In this document: positions 62,054-64,000 of the stretch, piece after piece
Position numbering within the stretch: position 1 is the stretch's first letter
Layout: each line of letters opens with the position of its first letter
Source: Azolla caroliniana
Taxonomy: Eukaryota; Plantae; Polypodiophyta
Assembly (NCBI GenBank): GCA_043228905.1
Contig: JBHGNT010000009.1
Coordinates: 5,766,001 to 5,830,000, forward strand
DNA length: 64,000 nt
Direction of reading: 5' to 3'
Position numbers and translations under genes: made by a program
Notes under the pieces: generated by a model
Databases searched by the model: none
What the model saw: the letters and a program-made list of their open reading frames with translations, nothing else
Told to the model about the DNA's origin: nothing

Positions 62054-63202
62054 TCATACGACAAAGTCATGACGAAGCATATGAGTGCTAAAAGGTTTCC
62101 GATTTTGAAGACCCAGAGACTCAAAGCTATTATCATTCATATTGTAGTAGTCCACAGACCCAACATTGGTACCACTTTCTTCTTGTCTATTTGTTGGCAC
62201 ATGTGCGTGATCTTGACCATAAGAACCTGAGAAAGATGTCTTTCCTTCACAGTGTTGCAAACCTAAAGTGAGAGAAATTCCACCATTTCCACCCGGATAA
62301 CTACCCGGGAAGCTATCCTGTGAATACCTGTTCAATGGATTGATCGGATATGACCCATATGAAGCAATGTTCAAATGGTCACTTTGCATATATCCATTCT
62401 GACCTGTAGCCGAAGTCTCTCTGTACTCTTCATCAGTGGTTCGGACCTTCATCTCATGTTCGAGACCTTCATCGGCATTACTGACTCCTCCATTGTTCAA
62501 ACCGGGGGATAACAAGGATGATGCATCTTGAAGCACGTGTTTGTTGTTCATTACTCCTTGTCTTATTATGCCTTCCTTGTCATGGAATAGAAGGTTAACA
62601 AGCGAGGACGATCCGTCTAGATTTTTACCTTGTAGCATATCAACTGCAGGATAGCTTGATAACTCCTTTCCTTCATCATGGTGGTTTTCGCATGATATTT
62701 TCGCTTGTTTAGGAGGTTTATTCATTTCACTAGTTGTCATACTTTGACTGCCCTCTCCTTCATCTCCAACTGATCTATCTGCTCCTTCAGCTTCAGCTTC
62801 TTTTGTTTCTTCCAAATACATCTCTTCTACCATTGGTTTCCATAGCCGGACTCGAGCATTGATAAACCAGTTGCTTACCTACAAGTTCAATCAAAACCAA
62901 TTAAGGATGCATTTTTGTAATTTGCATTCTTAACTTAATGCTCACATCTACCTATTACGTTTTGAGTTCCTCAAAAATAAAGACACCAAATCACATCTTG
63001 TTTCTAGGTTGTTAATTTCTATGTGGGGTTAATAAGTCTAAATTCAGACTAAAAACTTGAGATTCATATACCCAACATTTAGGTTTTTATATCCACAAAA
63101 AAATAATGAAATGTAACTGTCCTTAGACCTTACAAACTGACCTGATTGCGTGAAAGACCAGTCTGCCGGGCAAGCAATATCTTATCAGCATCTTTTGGAT
63201 AA
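62054..63202 (-). CDS. BEL1-like TALE homeodomain protein, last two exons (63202-63142, 62878-62054); 5' exons lie beyond the window
   Basis: [20 protein letters not shown]|[21 protein letters not shown], the 61-bp homeobox exon, ISLTLGLQH motif and terminal HDFV. Confidence 0.95.
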
Positions 63203-64000
63203 CTGTTATCATCATAAAAAAAACAAATCTTATAAGCATAATGTGATCCATAAAATATATAACTGATTGTCCTTTCCAAATGCATGCATGCTTGGTCTGC
63301 TAGCCAACCTGCCAAACTATGTGGCACCCCATTACCCAAAGTCCTAGTGCGTGAGATTCCCTAATAGGTTGATGGTGGTGTTTATCACCACTAGGATTGT
63401 TATTTTTGTTCTTTGATTATATTATTTTAATTTTTCTATTTTACCAAGAGGTCTGTCAGGGGTCAACCCCAAATTGATGAATATTCCCCCATTTTTTAAT
63501 AGGATGTCAGATCAGGGTCACATCTATCAACAGATAAGAGGGTATCCTGCTCTAGGTATCCTCAGAGTTATCACCTCTGACCATTGGCCTAAATAAAGGG
63601 TATTTTCTCTAAAAAGAGATGATTGAGCGACATAATATGATCCATAAAACATAATCAATACTTCATCGTCATTTTCAAAATTCCACATCAGGGCCCTTTG
63701 TCCCAATGAAAAGATGGAATGAGATAGTGTGATCCTAAAAACATAATCCTTCACCATCATTTCCAAATTCCACATCATGCCCCTTATTTTCTCGAAATTA
63801 TGGCATGGAACATCTGGTCAAGGTGAGACATACGGAAAGAGGGAATCGAAAAGAGATAATTTAATTTATTCCAACAATATCAAACCTGCGAAATGTACTC
63901 AGTACCACAAAAAGAGGAGACTTACGGGTTGAGAAAGTTCTCAAAAAGCCAAGCGCGAAGGATAGAAACAGAGTGTTCAGGCAGACCGCGCTGAGGCCGC

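Overview
Eukaryotic land-plant nuclear DNA. The host may be a large-genome seed-free plant such as a fern, but that is only an inference. Positions 1 to ~49,100 are a stack of nested, mostly decayed LTR retrotransposons: an Athila-like Ty3/Gypsy with a large extra 3' ORF, a chromovirus-type Ty3/Gypsy, several Ty1/Copia families (one near-intact copy at 39274-44932 with paired LTRs, PBS, PPT and a CAAAG TSD), solo LTRs with TSDs and a ~4 kb GC-rich LTR-like block. Positions ~49,100-64,000 are a gene island with three genes: a SPOROCYTELESS/SPEAR-motif gene cut by a 100-N gap, a six-exon bacterial-type HAD-IB hydrolase gene, and the last two exons of a BEL1-like homeobox gene on the minus strand. 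Main observations: (i) a 1.2 kb internal inversion in the Gypsy element which, when flipped back, restores the pol tail and a ~1,030-codon extra ORF; (ii) evidence for a second, multi-kb inversion that split a Copia gag around a Gypsy insertion; (iii) a Cassandra-like 5S-rRNA-bearing remnant in an intron; (iv) the intron-containing bacterial-like HAD-IB gene. All alignments and counts were made by eye, and no database searches were run.
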